In this document: positions 38,443 to 51,102 of the stretch, piece by piece
How positions within the stretch are numbered: the stretch's first letter is position 1
Layout of the letters: every line of letters starts with the position of its first letter
Origin: Podarcis melisellensis
Taxonomy: Eukaryota
Reading direction: 5' to 3' (one strand)
NCBI GenBank assembly: GCA_964234715.1
Contig: OZ174280.1
Length of the DNA: 64,000 nt
Made by a program: the position numbers and the translations under genes
Notes under the pieces: model-generated
The model's database searches: none
What the model was told of the DNA's origin: nothing
The model's input: the letters and a program-made list of their open reading frames with translations, nothing else

Positions 38443-39727
38443 CCTATGCCTGAAGCCCCAATGAATTCAGCTTATCTTCTGTGTAAACATGTATAGGATT
38501 GTACTGTAAGTTAAGATTCGGTTACTTTGTAAAGCACATGGAGCTGAAGAACAAAGTTGGAATAGTGAAACAGTTTCCTACTTCCGTTTTCAGCTCTATG
38601 TGCTTTTCAAGACTCCACTCGGATTCCCACATCCCTAGGAAAAGTCCAGTATGTGTACATGTGCTTGTTCTCTTTCTGTCTTTTGAGTGGAGGCAGATCT
38701 CATAGGAGGAGGATAGAAGTGACCAGAACTGGTGATATGCATGGCACTCACTCAAAACTGCAAATGTCATGCTTTTCATTATTGTTGTTATTATTATTTG
38801 TCTATCTGCTGCCTCCAGTAAAAGAGGTTGTTGAACCTTGCAAAAAGTATTTACCAGAGGCAAACAGGAATGAATATACCACCAAGAGGAGCAATCACTC
38901 CTTCACCAGCCTTCAGTTGTGGGCAATATCAGACCATAATAGTTAAGAATTGAATCCTCTGCTTCAGAGGGAATTTCTCTGTCTGCTGGAAGCAAGAGAG
39001 CTCAGGTCACCATACTGGGAACAATGGGGTCACTATACAAATACCCAATTACTTTAATGCCATTGATTTCAACAGATGCTAATTACAAAAGGAAGAGCCA
39101 TGTTGTGTATTGAAGTTTCTGCAATACGCAACTGCCCACTGCATGTTTGTATATCTTAATATTGCTACTGGGGGTGAGTTTGCCCCCCCCCCAAATTAGG
39201 GGTAGAATAAGCATGTGAGAAGGAAGCATGCTGTGTCTACATCCTGGATGTGACTATAGGGGTAGAGTCTTTACCTTTACACAGCAGCTCTATGCCATCT
39301 CCCCCACTTTCAGGTACTCACCCATCCTTTGGTTGATAGTGGGGGCTATGGTTGATTGCTTTTCGTGGGGGCTGCATATACAAATTCTCTTGGTGGGACC
39401 TTAATTGGCCATTGGGCAATATTATTATTTTTTGCCTACTTCGTATGCCTTTCGGGTGGTGCTGTTTTGGCTCATAGGTCCAACCCCTCCCCCCCGGTCA
39501 TGTTAGGGCATTCAGTGGAGGCACCTGTTGGATGAGTGGTGAACACATTGAGGCCCCTGGAGGGTTAAACAAAACCAAGGCATCCCACCTCTTAGTGCCT
39601 GCTGGCTGAAACAGAAATCGTAAGGCTAGGGTGACTTTGGCTAGGGTGGCTTACTTCTTCTTGAGTGGAAGAAACTCTCACTATAGCATGTTAAGCAGAT
39701 GTCTACTAAAGAAATAACACTTATTAC

Positions 39728-40141
39728 GTTGTTGTTGTTTAGTCGTTTAGTCGTGTCCGACTCTTCGTGACCCCATGGACCAGAGCACGCCAGGCACTCC
39801 TGTCTTCCACTGCCTCCTGCAGTTTGGTCAGACTCATGTTTATAGCTTCGAAAACACTGTCCAACCATCTCGTCCTCTGTCGTCCCCTTTTCCTTCTGCC
39901 CTCCATCTTTCCCAGCATCAGGGTCTTTTCCAGGGAGTCTTCTCTTCTCATGAGGTGGCCAAAGTATTGGAGCCTCAGCTTCACGATCTGTCCTTCCAGT
40001 GAGCACTCAGGGCTGATTTCCTTAAGAATGGATACGTTTGATCTTCTTGCAATCCATGGGACTCTCAAGAGTCTCCTCCAGCACCATAATTCAAAAGCAT
40101 CAATTCTTCGGCAATCAGCCTTCTTTATGGTCCAGCTCTCA
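39728..40141 (-). mobile_element. BovB (RTE) LINE 3' fragment
   Basis: RVPWIARRSNVSILKEISPECSLEGQIVKLRLQYFGHLMRREDSLEKTLMLGKMEGRRKRGRQRTRWLD...LVHGVTKSRTRLND is the BovB ORF C-terminus; (CAA)n tail; TSD acttatta. Confidence 0.97.
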
Positions 40142-40789
40142 TTTACTTATTACTTATTACTTATTACTTATTAATAAGTAAATTAAAGTTAGCGAGAAGG
40201 TTACATTTGAATTACAGTATCTCCACTCACACTAGTGAAGAATAAACTTTCAAGTTTCTGTATCCTAAAGGCCTATAGGTTGCTTTCTTACCCTATTTTT
40301 GGTAGAATGCACTATTTTTAATACCTTTTTTAAAAAAGGAAAGGCGAGTCAAGGTCAGTAGCTATAGTCCGGATGGGCCTGCTATTTTATTCCATTCAAG
40401 CCCACACTTCAATGAAATGAGAGAGAATGCCAGGAAACTGGGCAGCATGAACAGGAGTGACTGAGAGGGGCAGCCAGGAAGAGAAAAGATGTGGGTGACG
40501 TGGTCATTATTCTCGGTGCTCCAGACAGGAACTGACATCTGGTTTGTGGAATTCACCTTTGCATTTAAATGGCTTTTGCCTTAGCTTTGATTGACACTTC
40601 TGTTACAACTGTGCCTCACTTTCCAGGGAGCAGATGTTGCTTTAGTTGTTCGTTGCAGCACAGCGACAAAGATGACAGCAAATTAGGCTGCTTGTTGTAA
40701 ATGAAACCAGTGAGCATTGGGTGTTTCCTGGAAAAGAATGCTAGTTATATAAAAACAGGGGTGGCCAGTTTCTGAATACTCCAGAACAA

Positions 40790-40903
40790 GATGGTTAGAG
40801 TGTGCTGCTGCTAATGCCAATGTTGCAGGTTTGATCCCCGTATGGGACAGCTTTGCAGGGAAAGCTTTGCAGCTTTCCAACACTACAATTCTATGATTCT
40901 ATG
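40790..40903 (+). mobile_element. tRNA-Ile-like/CR1-tail SINE, internally deleted
   Basis: tggttagagtgtg...gttgcaggtttgatccccgtatgggacagct...ttctatgattctatga, homologous to 24265-24424. Confidence 0.75.
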
Positions 40904-40944
40904 AACTCTTATTTGGCAATTATCCAGAGTCCAGATTACACAAA

Positions 40945-41020
40945 TTCTTAAAGAATTACACTAGGTGGTGATTTGCTTCTGGGCCCAATTCAAGGTGCTG
41001 ATGCTTAACTTTCAAGTTTG
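40945..41020 (+). mobile_element. L2 LINE fragment
   Basis: LKELH*VVICFWAQFKVLML; ttctgggcccaattcaaggtgct is shared with the 16.6-kb L2. Confidence 0.7.
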
Positions 41021-43330
41021 TAAGCAAATTACCTAAAGAATGTGATCCTTGTACAATACAGTCTTCAAATGAGGCAAGTGCTACCATTGGTAAAGTGTCT
41101 TAAACAAGCACAAAGGAGCCTTTTCTGTGGTGGTACTGTGACTTTGGCTCGACAGGCAGTGGCATGAGAAGTTGCCTCTCCCCACATCCCACCCAGACAC
41201 TTAGATCTGTAAATTAAAGGTTTGTTGATGGCACCACATAATCCCACAGTAAAGCTTGTTGTGATTCAAGCACATGCTTTTAGCACACATTATGAAGATC
41301 TTTATTATGTTTTTATATTCATTTTCTGTACACCACTTGGCTATTCTCAGATATTCTCTGTACAGCAGTTCATAAATTCTGAAACAGAATAAATAAGAAT
41401 ATATTTTTGGCAGCAGGTTAAGAGTTTCTTGTTTACCCACACATTTTAGAGTGATTACTTTTGTCTTCAGTTTGCTTTTTTGGCTTACAGCTGCTGTCTG
41501 TGAATTTTTATTGTTTTGCAGTGGTTATGTTTTCTATTTATTGTTGTTGTTTTTTATTGCATACCACCCTGGAATCCATTTGGGTGAAAAGTGGTTTAGC
41601 ATGGTTTGAAAATAAAAAGAAAGAAAGAAAGAAAGAAAGAAAGATTACTGTACAAACTGGGAACCCCCTGATTGGTCTATAATAAAGTTGCCGCCATCTG
41701 GAAAGATTTCACTGCTATGGAACACATGTGCTCAGGAAACCAATACGCTCAGATATCTGGATGTAGATATATTACATAGTTGTTAGATAGAGAATCCAGA
41801 AAAGAGACGTAACATTAAAGTTGTGTGGAATAGCTCCAGTCCTTACAATGTGAAAACATTTCCCTTTAACTCTGAGTGAATCGGAGGACAAACATTTGAG
41901 AAAGACCACAAAAAAACAAAAGGCCCAGACAAAATATCTGATGATCCTACAGCAATCTCTCAAACAGGCAGTTAAGGAAAGGAAAGAGAAAGTGTGTGAC
42001 ATGATTTGATAAGGGTTGGTTTCAAACAGGCTCAAACAACATACATCCGGTGGGCAGATTGTGGTCCTTGGGGGAATTTCAACTTTGGTCTACCATCTCT
42101 TTAAAACTGGAAGCTGCTGAGAGCACAGATGCAAATTGCATCTCTCTCTGCATTTCTCTCAGCGTTTCAAACACATATGGAAACAGGTGCAGCAGTAGAG
42201 CAAACTTTTACCCTGACTGCAGCTGTGCAAAACAAACACAACTTGGTTATAGAGGGCCAATTGGTTTACTCCTGTTTGCTCTCCTTTGTGGAAGAGAGTT
42301 CCTTCTTGCTGCGGCCTTGGGGAGTAAAGAAGGCAATAAGACTTTGGGCTGAGACAGGCTTGACATTTCTTTTTTCTTTTCTTTTTCTTCTTTTAAAGGA
42401 AGATCAGTATTACTTTGATCACTGGAAAGGGATGCAGGGCAAATGTTCTGGTTTTCTTTCTTTTTTCTTTTTCTGCCTCTAGGGTAAAGAAGCTAAGTGA
42501 AAGTAAAATAAGGTTCTAAAGCTGTTTATTTAACAAGACTGATCAAGCAGTTACCCTTTGGCTGAGATTGCTTCCACACAACTCGTTTTCTCTAGAACTG
42601 ACATAATTTGGTCACTACCAGTGCTTCCAGACAGCAATTTATTGTGGAATCAGCACGTGTAAGTTTTGTTGTTGTTGTTGTTTGCAATGACCACACATCA
42701 TTGTCTTCAAAATACCAGCCTCTATTCTATCCCCACCAGAAATCCATATTTACATAGGTGGCTACGAGCCACCTCTATAGAAGCAATATCCTCTAGGAGC
42801 TGGTAGGAAAGTTGCTAGAAAATTAGAAAGTGCACAGAGAGCTCATTGACTGCATGTAAGTGTGATTTCTATCACCTTCATCTTTCTCTGCTTATTGATG
42901 ATGAATCCTTCCATATTCTCAACAAGCAGAGGTCTCATGTGGTGAGTGTAACATGTAGCCAGGCTCTCTAAGGCGTTAACTTCTGGCTGTTCATAAGATG
43001 GTTTCATTTCTGGGTGATCCATGTTTGTTACATGTGTACAAACTTAAACACATGGAACATGAATACTGTACTAGCTGCTGATATTCTAAGTGAATATTCA
43101 GTGCATTTAAACTAAAACACTCAGAAGAAACATTCAGACATTATTCCCCATTGCATGGATTGCCCCAAAGATGAAGAGCTTTCTGACAGCAACTGCAGTA
43201 AGTGAATAATGTATAACAGATGTATGTGTGGTGTGAATCCCGACTGTACAATAAGAAAATTTTCCTCAAATGTTCCTTCATAGCCTCAGAAAGGAGTGAC
43301 TGAGCAACTACAAGTTTTCTAACCTTGTGA

Positions 43331-43526
43331 AACATGGGAAGCTGCCTTATACTGAATTGAGACAATTGGTCCACACTGAGAAAGGTTCCCCACACCTGGT
43401 CTTCTCTGGTGAGCCCTGGCTATGCAATGTTTCAGACTGGAGTCTTTCCCAGCCCTACCTGGAGATTCCAGGATTAGACCTGGGGCCTTCTGCATGCAGA
43501 GCAGATGCTTTACCACTGAATGCAGC
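43331..43526 (-). mobile_element. tRNA-Ala-like SINE
   Basis: Reverse complement of the 35762 family: ggaagctgccttatactg...ccctacctggagat...ccttctgcatgcagagcagatgctttaccactga. Confidence 0.8.
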
Positions 43527-44187
43527 AGGGAAGGGCCCAGCCATAAATAAAGTTATCAAGAACTCTTTGCAGGGGAGATATGTGGGAACCTGAGAGGTCA
43601 TCATGAGAAGCTGAGAGCTGGAAGAAATTGTGTATGAGTGTTGTGAGTGCAGGGAGCTGGCAAGTGATTTGTGGTTGATGAGGGGAAATGTCAGAATTTG
43701 GATCCTTTCAGTTATAAAAATCTTCTGTTCCCATACAGTTCCTTTCCTCCACCCACCCCACCATACAAAGAATCTAAAGCCGATTCCAACATAATATTTT
43801 GTTCTCACATATTTTGTTTTGAAGTGATCCCAGGAGCTCCTACACATGGAGAGTATTGCCTGGGAATTATAGCTTTCGCTTGATGTACTGTGAAAGGTTT
43901 CTTAGGCTCCTGCCCAGTGCTGTAAAAAACAACAAAAAACAACCGAGAATATAAAACAGTATGTGGGAAAAGACCTCTAGCATATTTGGATGAAAATGAA
44001 AACTTATAAAACTGTGTTTCAAAAACTTAAATTTAAAGCGTAGGTCTATAGGAATGAAAACAATAATCACCTGACAAACAATTTCCACTTAAAAGTAAGT
44101 AACTCATCCAATGAATTATTCTATTTGACAAAGAGAGATAATCAAATCCATACCAAAGTGACATATGGATCTTTTTATCCTTTCAAG

Positions 44188-44333
44188 CAGAGGTAGCCAA
44201 TGTGGTGCTGAATTCCAGCACCAGATATTGTTGAACTTCAACTCCCATCAGCCCTAGCCATAGTAGCTGATGAGCAAGAATGGTGAGAATTGTAGTCCAA
44301 CAAAAATCTAGAGGGCATCTTGTTGCCTATCTA
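44188..44333. mobile_element. Palindromic hAT-type MITE (5339 family)
   Basis: cagaggtagccaa...aactcccatcagcc...ttgtagtccaac...ttgcctatct. Confidence 0.65.
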
Positions 44334-44366
44334 ATGCAATTTTAAAGAAAATCAAACTTTAACCTT

Positions 44367-44512
44367 CAGGTAGGTAGCCGCGTTGGTCTGACGCAGTCAA
44401 AATAAATTTAAAAAATTAAAAATTGTCCAGAAGCACCTTAGAGACCAACTAAGTTTGTTATGGATATAAGCTTTCTTGTGCATCCACATTTCTTCAAATA
44501 CCTCCTTCAGAT
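44367..44512 (-). mobile_element. Short Penelope-like insert with degenerate hammerhead ribozyme
   Basis: 11-bp TSD actttaacctt (44356-44366 / 44513-44523). Minus strand reads ggtat-ttgaaga-a-atgtggatgcacaa-gaaa-gctt-atatc...aacttagttggtctctaaggtgct. Homologous to 53707-53916. Confidence 0.8.
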
Positions 44513-45649
44513 ACTTTAACCTTGTTCTCATACAATCTTTTCTTTAATAATTGGTCCATCAAAAATGGGCAGAAACTAATTTTTTTTTAAATGATCATTT
44601 ATAGGGCAAAATTAAAACAAAATGAATGTTTTCAGATCCAGAGTTCCTAACATTTAGTGGTGCCTTTATTTAGCTGCTTTGTAGCATTACACGAAAGAAA
44701 TGTTTTTGAAATGGGGTGGAGCGAATTTGGACAGGAAGCTAGTGGGCTCCTGGTCTAGCTTCCTATCTTTCCTGCTGTCATACCCATGAGGATAAGATGC
44801 TGGTGCCACTTTTCTCTGTGTGCTGTGCATATGCATAAGCAACCAACATGGACTCACCTCAGGGCATGTGTTGCTTAGCATTATTTACTCCTGTGATGAA
44901 TTGATATCATGAGAAAAATCTTCTAAACCTAAGCTAGGAGACTTGTTTTTGCTGTATTACTGCAATGCTTCATTTTAATTTAAACTGCCTTTAAAGCCCA
45001 AGCTGAAAGGTGCTTAAATACAACAACTCCTAAATAAAACCTACAGAAATGCTACTGTTTTTGGTTCTACACAAAAATCCCAGTTTCCTTACTGTGAAGC
45101 ACATGAATAGCTTTGAAGTTTTAGTGAATAACTGGAAAGGTTCTACTTATTTGAAATGTTTTCCTTCAGTAAAAGAATAATTTACAACCAAACTATGAAA
45201 GATAAAAAATTATCAGTTGCATGTTTGGCAACTGATAAAAGCATCACGTGCCACATTGCTCTTGTTTAATGGCTTGTACTCTGTCCTTTTGCATATACAT
45301 TTTCTGTGGCCTCTTCACCTGTGTCTGGTTTGGGAAGATGCAGATACACAGCAAAAAATGCTAAAGACTTCAGCCCATATTATTATTGGCTATACACTAA
45401 AGAGGTTATTTAATTCTTGAATTTGTAATGCTTATTTACACATTTATGTTTGAGAAATTATTAGCCTTCGGGGTGGTTCCCAGTGGATTTTCTGCTCACC
45501 TCATTGACCAAGTATATGTTATATCTTTTGACAATATCAGGAGAGATGTGATTCCTCAGGTTTATGTCCTTCATCCTTCCCAGTGTAAAGAACAAGGTAG
45601 GAAATGGACTGCTTTTAATGAAAGGGCTGGTGCAATGATGTTTTTATCG

Positions 45650-45844
45650 TAAAGCTATTTGTATGTTTTAAACATATTTTATATACATATAATTTCAATT
45701 CTATTAATGTTTAATTGGTTTTTAATTATAGTTTTTTCTATGTTTTAGCGATTCTTGTTTTTATCTGTAAACCGCCTTGAGTCCCATCAGGAGAAAAGGC
45801 AGAGAATGAATGAATGAATGAATGAATGAATGAATGAATGAATG
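45650..45844 (+). mobile_element. L2-like 3' tail ending in (GAAT)n
   Basis: AT-rich run, then tgtaaaccgccttgagtcc...aaaaggc, then about 10 GAAT units at 45804-45844. Confidence 0.65.
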
Positions 45845-46159
45845 CCACTAGTCAGAGCTACACCATGAGAAACAAACCAAATGATTCCTTTGGAAAGACA
45901 ACAGGAGTCCTTTTCAAACAACTGTTAATGATAGTCTTTGTACAGTTCTGATAACATTTATTTTATGCTGTCTCCTGTTGGTTTTATCTGTTCTATTACT
46001 ACCGCATTGTGGGTGATATAATTTTGTTGATATAATTGTTTTAACTTTCATTAAACACTGCTCTGGAAACTGCCGGGTTTAAAAAGCTGCCTATAAATTG
46101 AAATAAACAAAGACAATGGATTTGGGTGGGAGGCAGAGTTGTGAACAAAGTAGGCAATT

Positions 46160-46370
46160 TTATTTATTTAATTTTTCACCCCATCCTTTCTACAAAGAGC
46201 TCATAAGGCTCTTTGTATATATATTCCTCCATTTTGTTTTCACAACTGTGGTGAGGTGGATTAGGCTGAGAGAGTGGTTTGGTCAACATCATCCAGAAAA
46301 CTTCACGGCTGAGTAAGGATTTGAACTCTGCCCTAAGTCCTAACCTCTGCTCATTGCATCATACTAGCTC
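46160..46370 (-). mobile_element. Old Squam3/MIR-like SINE
   Basis: gtgaggtggattaggctgagagagt...cttcacggctgagtaaggatttgaact; its head reads gagctagtatgatgcaatg on the minus strand. Confidence 0.6.
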
Positions 46371-46389
46371 ATACTAGCATCATACTAAT

Positions 46390-46640
46390 GAGAGCCAGTG
46401 TGGTGTGGTGGTTAAGAGCGGTAGTCTCATAATCTGGGGAACCGGGTTCGCATCTCCGCTCCTCCACATGCAGCTGCTGGGTGACCTTGGGCCAGTCACA
46501 CTTCTCTGAAGTCTCTCAGCCCCACTCACCTCACAGAGTTTGTTGTGGAGGAGGAAGGGAAAGGAGAATGTTAGCCGCTTTGAGACTCCTTAAAGGGAGT
46601 GAAAGGCGGGATATCAAATCCAAACTCTTCATCTTCTTCT
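46390..46640 (+). mobile_element. Squam3 SINE
   Basis: Near-identical to 23003-23250, with a short cttc tail. Confidence 0.9.
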
Positions 46641-49600
46641 CTAAATTATACCTTACAGCAGTGTTGTAATTAGCTAGTAGTGACAGCATTTTTACCTGTC
46701 ACTTGAAAACATTTTTCTGTTAATATTTTGCTTTAAAAAAGAGAGGATATATTGAGCATTCATCCTTTGCTCAATTTCATGTCTCTCTTTAAAAAAAAAA
46801 AGACTTTCCCATTGTGGAGAGCATGTCCTCAGGCAAAGTTCACCAGTTCCTTTTCTATAATATGGGACAGAACTGTCATAAATGGAAAGGCCCATTGAAA
46901 CAGCCCAGAATTCAATGAACTGCACTCATTATGGGCGAAAAACACCTGATGTGACGTTTTGGAGAAATACTACAAATCTGTGAAGAAACTCAGGGGAATG
47001 TTCTCAAACATTCTTGATCTTTTTTACTGGCAGATTTGGCTATTTCATCTTTATCCCATCTCAGAGCTAGAATCATTATGAACATGAAAACTTTGTGACA
47101 GCAGCAACAGCCTGGGGATCAATACCAGTGGCAGCTTATTTCTTCCAGAGATGGCCTGCATTTATGAGGAACAAACATTCCTCTCCAATCAATGAAGTCT
47201 GAAAACCTTTCTCAGTAAACAGTGGGTAGCAATTAAATGTGAAAGGTCAATTATCATCCTTCCCTAAAACTTGCCTGTGCAAACGCCTTTCCTAAAATCT
47301 ACTTGTTTTCCTGAAAACAGATTGATTTTTCCCTCAGCAAAAACATGTAATAATTTCTCAAGGAGAATTTACAATAACCCTGAGTTGCAACTCTACAAAC
47401 ACGACAGCAATTACAAGATAATTCCCTGGCTTTTCCACACTACCTGTGGGTTGATAACAGCAGCCAGACAGCTGGATCTTTTAAAATAAACTAGTATGGG
47501 TAAGAATCTTAGCAAGAGCTGAGGTTTCCAAGCAGATATTGACCTAAGATTCCATAGAAATGAAATATCTACCTGGGCTCATTGCCTGACTGATGTGTCC
47601 ATGGGAATAAATGGCCATTCATTGAAGGGGAGAGGTAGGTAATGCAATTCTAACTGATTTAAGCAGGATTAGTCAAAGTTGTGCCCTCCAGCCAACATGG
47701 TGTCAGCATCAGCCAGCATTGACTAAGGGTCAGGGGTGATAGGGCCAAATGGGTGATAGGGGCAAATGAAGCACTTAATGCCTCTCTATCTGGCCCTTGA
47801 GACTCTCCTAGGCTATGCTCCCTCCACAGGCCACGCCTCTTCCTGCTCTCTGCCCTCCTTGAATAGAATGTGTTCTTGAATGGTGAGAATACCTTGTGCT
47901 TGTCTTGACAGAAGATGGCAAGAGATGTGTGTGCACTGTGTAGAAAACCAGTTCCATACACTTGCCATGCCACTTATTGTACCTGCCCCCGTTGTTGTTT
48001 TTAACAATCTGACATTTTCCTAGGTAGTCTAGAAGCTTTCATAGTTATATTTCAAAACTGTATTAGAGTATAATAAAATTTATGTTTGAAAATACCTAAA
48101 AACCACCAATCACAGGGTGAAGTTTTTATTGTCCTAAGCGCTCTGCAGAGCCAAACAGGAAGGGCATATGGATTAACACCAAAATGGCTTTCAGTGATTC
48201 ACAGATATGGTCCTCTTGGCTGACCCCTATAACTATAGTGTTTTGCTACTAGACGAGTCTTAAATTAATGGGCCATAGCTGGCTTTGTGTTTTATTTGGG
48301 AAACCTGATGTGAGTGGGTGACAATTAATTCTGTGGAGGGCTAACCTACAATTAGCATGTACCAGAGATCATTAACATGTTAGTTGTGTAAGTTAAGAAG
48401 CTGTGGGAATGAGGGATCTTATGCTCTTACTCATGCCCCGCTCCCTGCTTTTAAGTACAAAAACAGGAAGACTATTAAATTCTTAGGGCAGAAACAGTGC
48501 CTTGAATTTATGATGTGGGTGGTATACACCATGGGGTGTTTTTATAATATTGGCTATGTAATGTCAACATGTTCCATGCAAATATCAATGAATGAATATG
48601 TGGGGCAGCTCCAGGAGCAGTTTGGTGTGAGTACCAAAGCAGAGGGTGTGTTAGCTGCAGGAAACTGCACTTGACATTTACCAAATCAATGGGATTAATG
48701 ATGTGGCTGTCAAGGAGATACGTTATGCGATGATGATATCATATTTTTATTTTGCTGGTATGTATGAACTTAAAAGTCAACATGACTTCATGTATTTGCA
48801 CAATCTGGGTTTTGTGTGTGTGAAAACTTCCTTGTAGAAGAACTGTGGTCCCATCTCAGACTTCTGACCTTACGTATAATTTGTTTGAAGTGCTGAATTT
48901 CTGAAAAGTAAGATGCCCAAGCCCTTCTGGTTTGAACACTCTGTTCCTTAATCCTGAATGTGTGGAGATAGACTGTGATTATCCAGCAGTCAGAGAAAGG
49001 CACTCTGTGCATGCTCAGATTGTTTTTTATCTTTAGTATTACTTTGTGTGTTCCAGGACACAGCCTTTATACTGAAACTAAAACCTGATTCTGAACCTTT
49101 GCATTAATAAACTCTTGCTTGTATAATACACTGGGATATTTATTAAAACAGGTGGGGAGGGGGGAGTAGCATAAAAATGTCATACAGGCTCCGCTTCCTG
49201 AAGTTTACCCTGCACGACATTCCTCTCAGAAATGGACTTGTATGTTATAGAATCATAGCATTCTTACTAAGAGAAAAAAATACATTCTAATTGTCTCATC
49301 ATATGGGCAAAAATTGGGGGGGGGGGGAGTTGCCACAATTTGTCACGTGAATAATTAATGTATACTATATTGAATTATTTAAAAATGATCCATTTGCTGT
49401 TATTGAAAATAAGCTAACATTGTTGAGCCATAGAGAAACCAGAAAGCAAGGTTGTGAGTAAACTCTGCTTTCCAAATATCAGCCAATGCGGGGATCTGGT
49501 TTCTTGCATTGGCAGAGATTTGGAATAGATTATGTTTTAAGGTCCTTTCCATGATTCTAAGCAAACAAGCAAAACCAAAACTGTTAAGGGGGCTTTAAAA

Positions 49601-50147
49601 TTGCTTAGTAAGAAACTGTCCAAAATAATGAGAGAGAAAAATGGAAATATACTGCCTGCCTGCAGTATATTGAGCCATCTGGGTCAGAGACAAGGAGTGC
49701 AAATTATGTGGCAGCTGTCTAACTTTCACTGTCACCGCAAACTAGTGCCAGGACTAATGGTTTTAGGAAATGCATTGAGGATGAAGGTTTAACTATCACC
49801 ACAGATAGTCAGTGAATTAGTGTGGTGTTAACCTAAATTGAAGGTGTGAGTCATAGGACAAGGAGCTGACTAACATGGCTTTCATATATTTCAGTCCAGT
49901 GATTTTGTGATTGTAATCCTATGTCACCTACTTGAAAAGTACACTCAATAGTAATGAGAATTTAACTGGTTAGGTAAAACCCTGTTCAGTTGTTCTCCAT
50001 GCATACAAAATATGTGTGAAGAAGAGAGCAATAGGACCATGGTGCAGGTTCTGTCTGTGACATTATGCAAGGAACTAGTCCCAACCCCTGGACATTTGCA
50101 CCCAAGTGCAGATAGTCCTATGGGATCCTTTATGCATAGCTTCTACG

Positions 50148-50780
50148 CAGTGCTATTTTTATCGAAAAAGAGGTGCCAGAACTCACCATGAACTGATTGT
50201 TCTCTTATAATGTGGCAACCTAAAAGTAACACGACAGGCTAATAATTTGATTACAACACTTTACATAGCTACTAAATCGTACCTTCATTCAGAGTCAAGT
50301 GGCATACAATATATACAAGGTAACACCAACTAATGTGACTTCAGAGAATTTCCCAAAGTAGGGAATTTTTTCAATGGTGTATCAAACAGAGAACGATTCA
50401 AGCTTGAGACAACATGCCTTCCAAAATAGGTATAAAGTCCCAACCACAACACTGATGCACCTGGTTATATTCACAACTTATTCATATATTTAGCAGTGAA
50501 CACACTGAAAGAAGTTGGTGCTCCACAGGTTGGGAATTTATACTTATTTTGGTGTTACCTTGTATATGTTGTATGCCATTTGACTCTGAATGAAGATACA
50601 ATTTAGTAGCTATAATAAAGTGTTGCAATCAAATTATTAGCCTGTCGTGTTGCTTTTAGATTGACAGATTTTTCTGTTTGCAACATGGGGGATCTTTGCT
50701 GTTCTCTTATAATGGCAGTGGCACCCACCTGAGAGGTGTTGGAACTGAGTTCCAGCAAGTTCCAGCTGAAAAAAGTCCTG
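50148..50780. mobile_element. hAT MITE interrupted by a 487-bp insert
   Basis: Ends CAGTGCTATTTTT / AAAAAAGTCCTG; 8-bp TSD cttctacg / cttctatg; internal repeats gaggtgccagaact / gaggtgttggaact. Confidence 0.85.
50213..50699. mobile_element. Fold-back insert with long inverted arms (candidate Penelope-like inverted pseudo-LTR)
   Basis: 15-bp direct repeat tgttctcttataatg (50198-50212 / 50700-50714); inverted arms 50216-50329 vs 50549-50663 and 50421-50445 vs 50528-50552. Confidence 0.7.
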
Positions 50781-50826
50781 CTTCTATGCATGGAATACAA
50801 CTGAACAACTTAAATATATGTTAGAT

Positions 50827-51102
50827 CAGGGGTTGGCGACATTTTTTGAGGCCGGGCCGATCCACTCCCCGTAGACCTCTTGGTGGGCCGGAGCATACAT
50901 GCCTGTGCACACCTGCGCATGCACACATGCTATTTCTGGCACTCTTCCGACCCAGAGGTTGGTCCCTGCAATGAGAAAAGAAATGGCGCCACTGAGGGGG
51001 GGAGCACAAAATCCCCACACCAATCCACGGAACGGCTGTGGGCCGGTTCCAGGAAGCTCATGGGCCGGAACTGGCCCATGGGCCTTAGGTTGCCGACCTC
51101 TG
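50827..51102. mobile_element. hAT (Charlie-like) MITE
   Basis: TIRs CAGGGGTTGGCGAC / GTTGCCGACCTCTG; perfect 8-bp TSD tgttagat. Confidence 0.92.

Noticed and set aside
38011-38496. Overlapping ORFs on both strands in a CpG-rich patch
   Set aside because: Explained by the GC-rich hAT element 38078-38442, which has TIRs and a TSD
44733-44764. Hairpin aggaagctag / ctagcttcct
   Set aside because: A 10-bp stem is too short for a pre-miRNA and could arise by chance
45465-45596. Open 132-nt phase-1 segment (FGVVPSGFSAHLIDQVYVISFDNIRRDVIPQVYVLHPSQCKEQ)
   Set aside because: The acceptor lacks a pyrimidine tract and no homology was recognised
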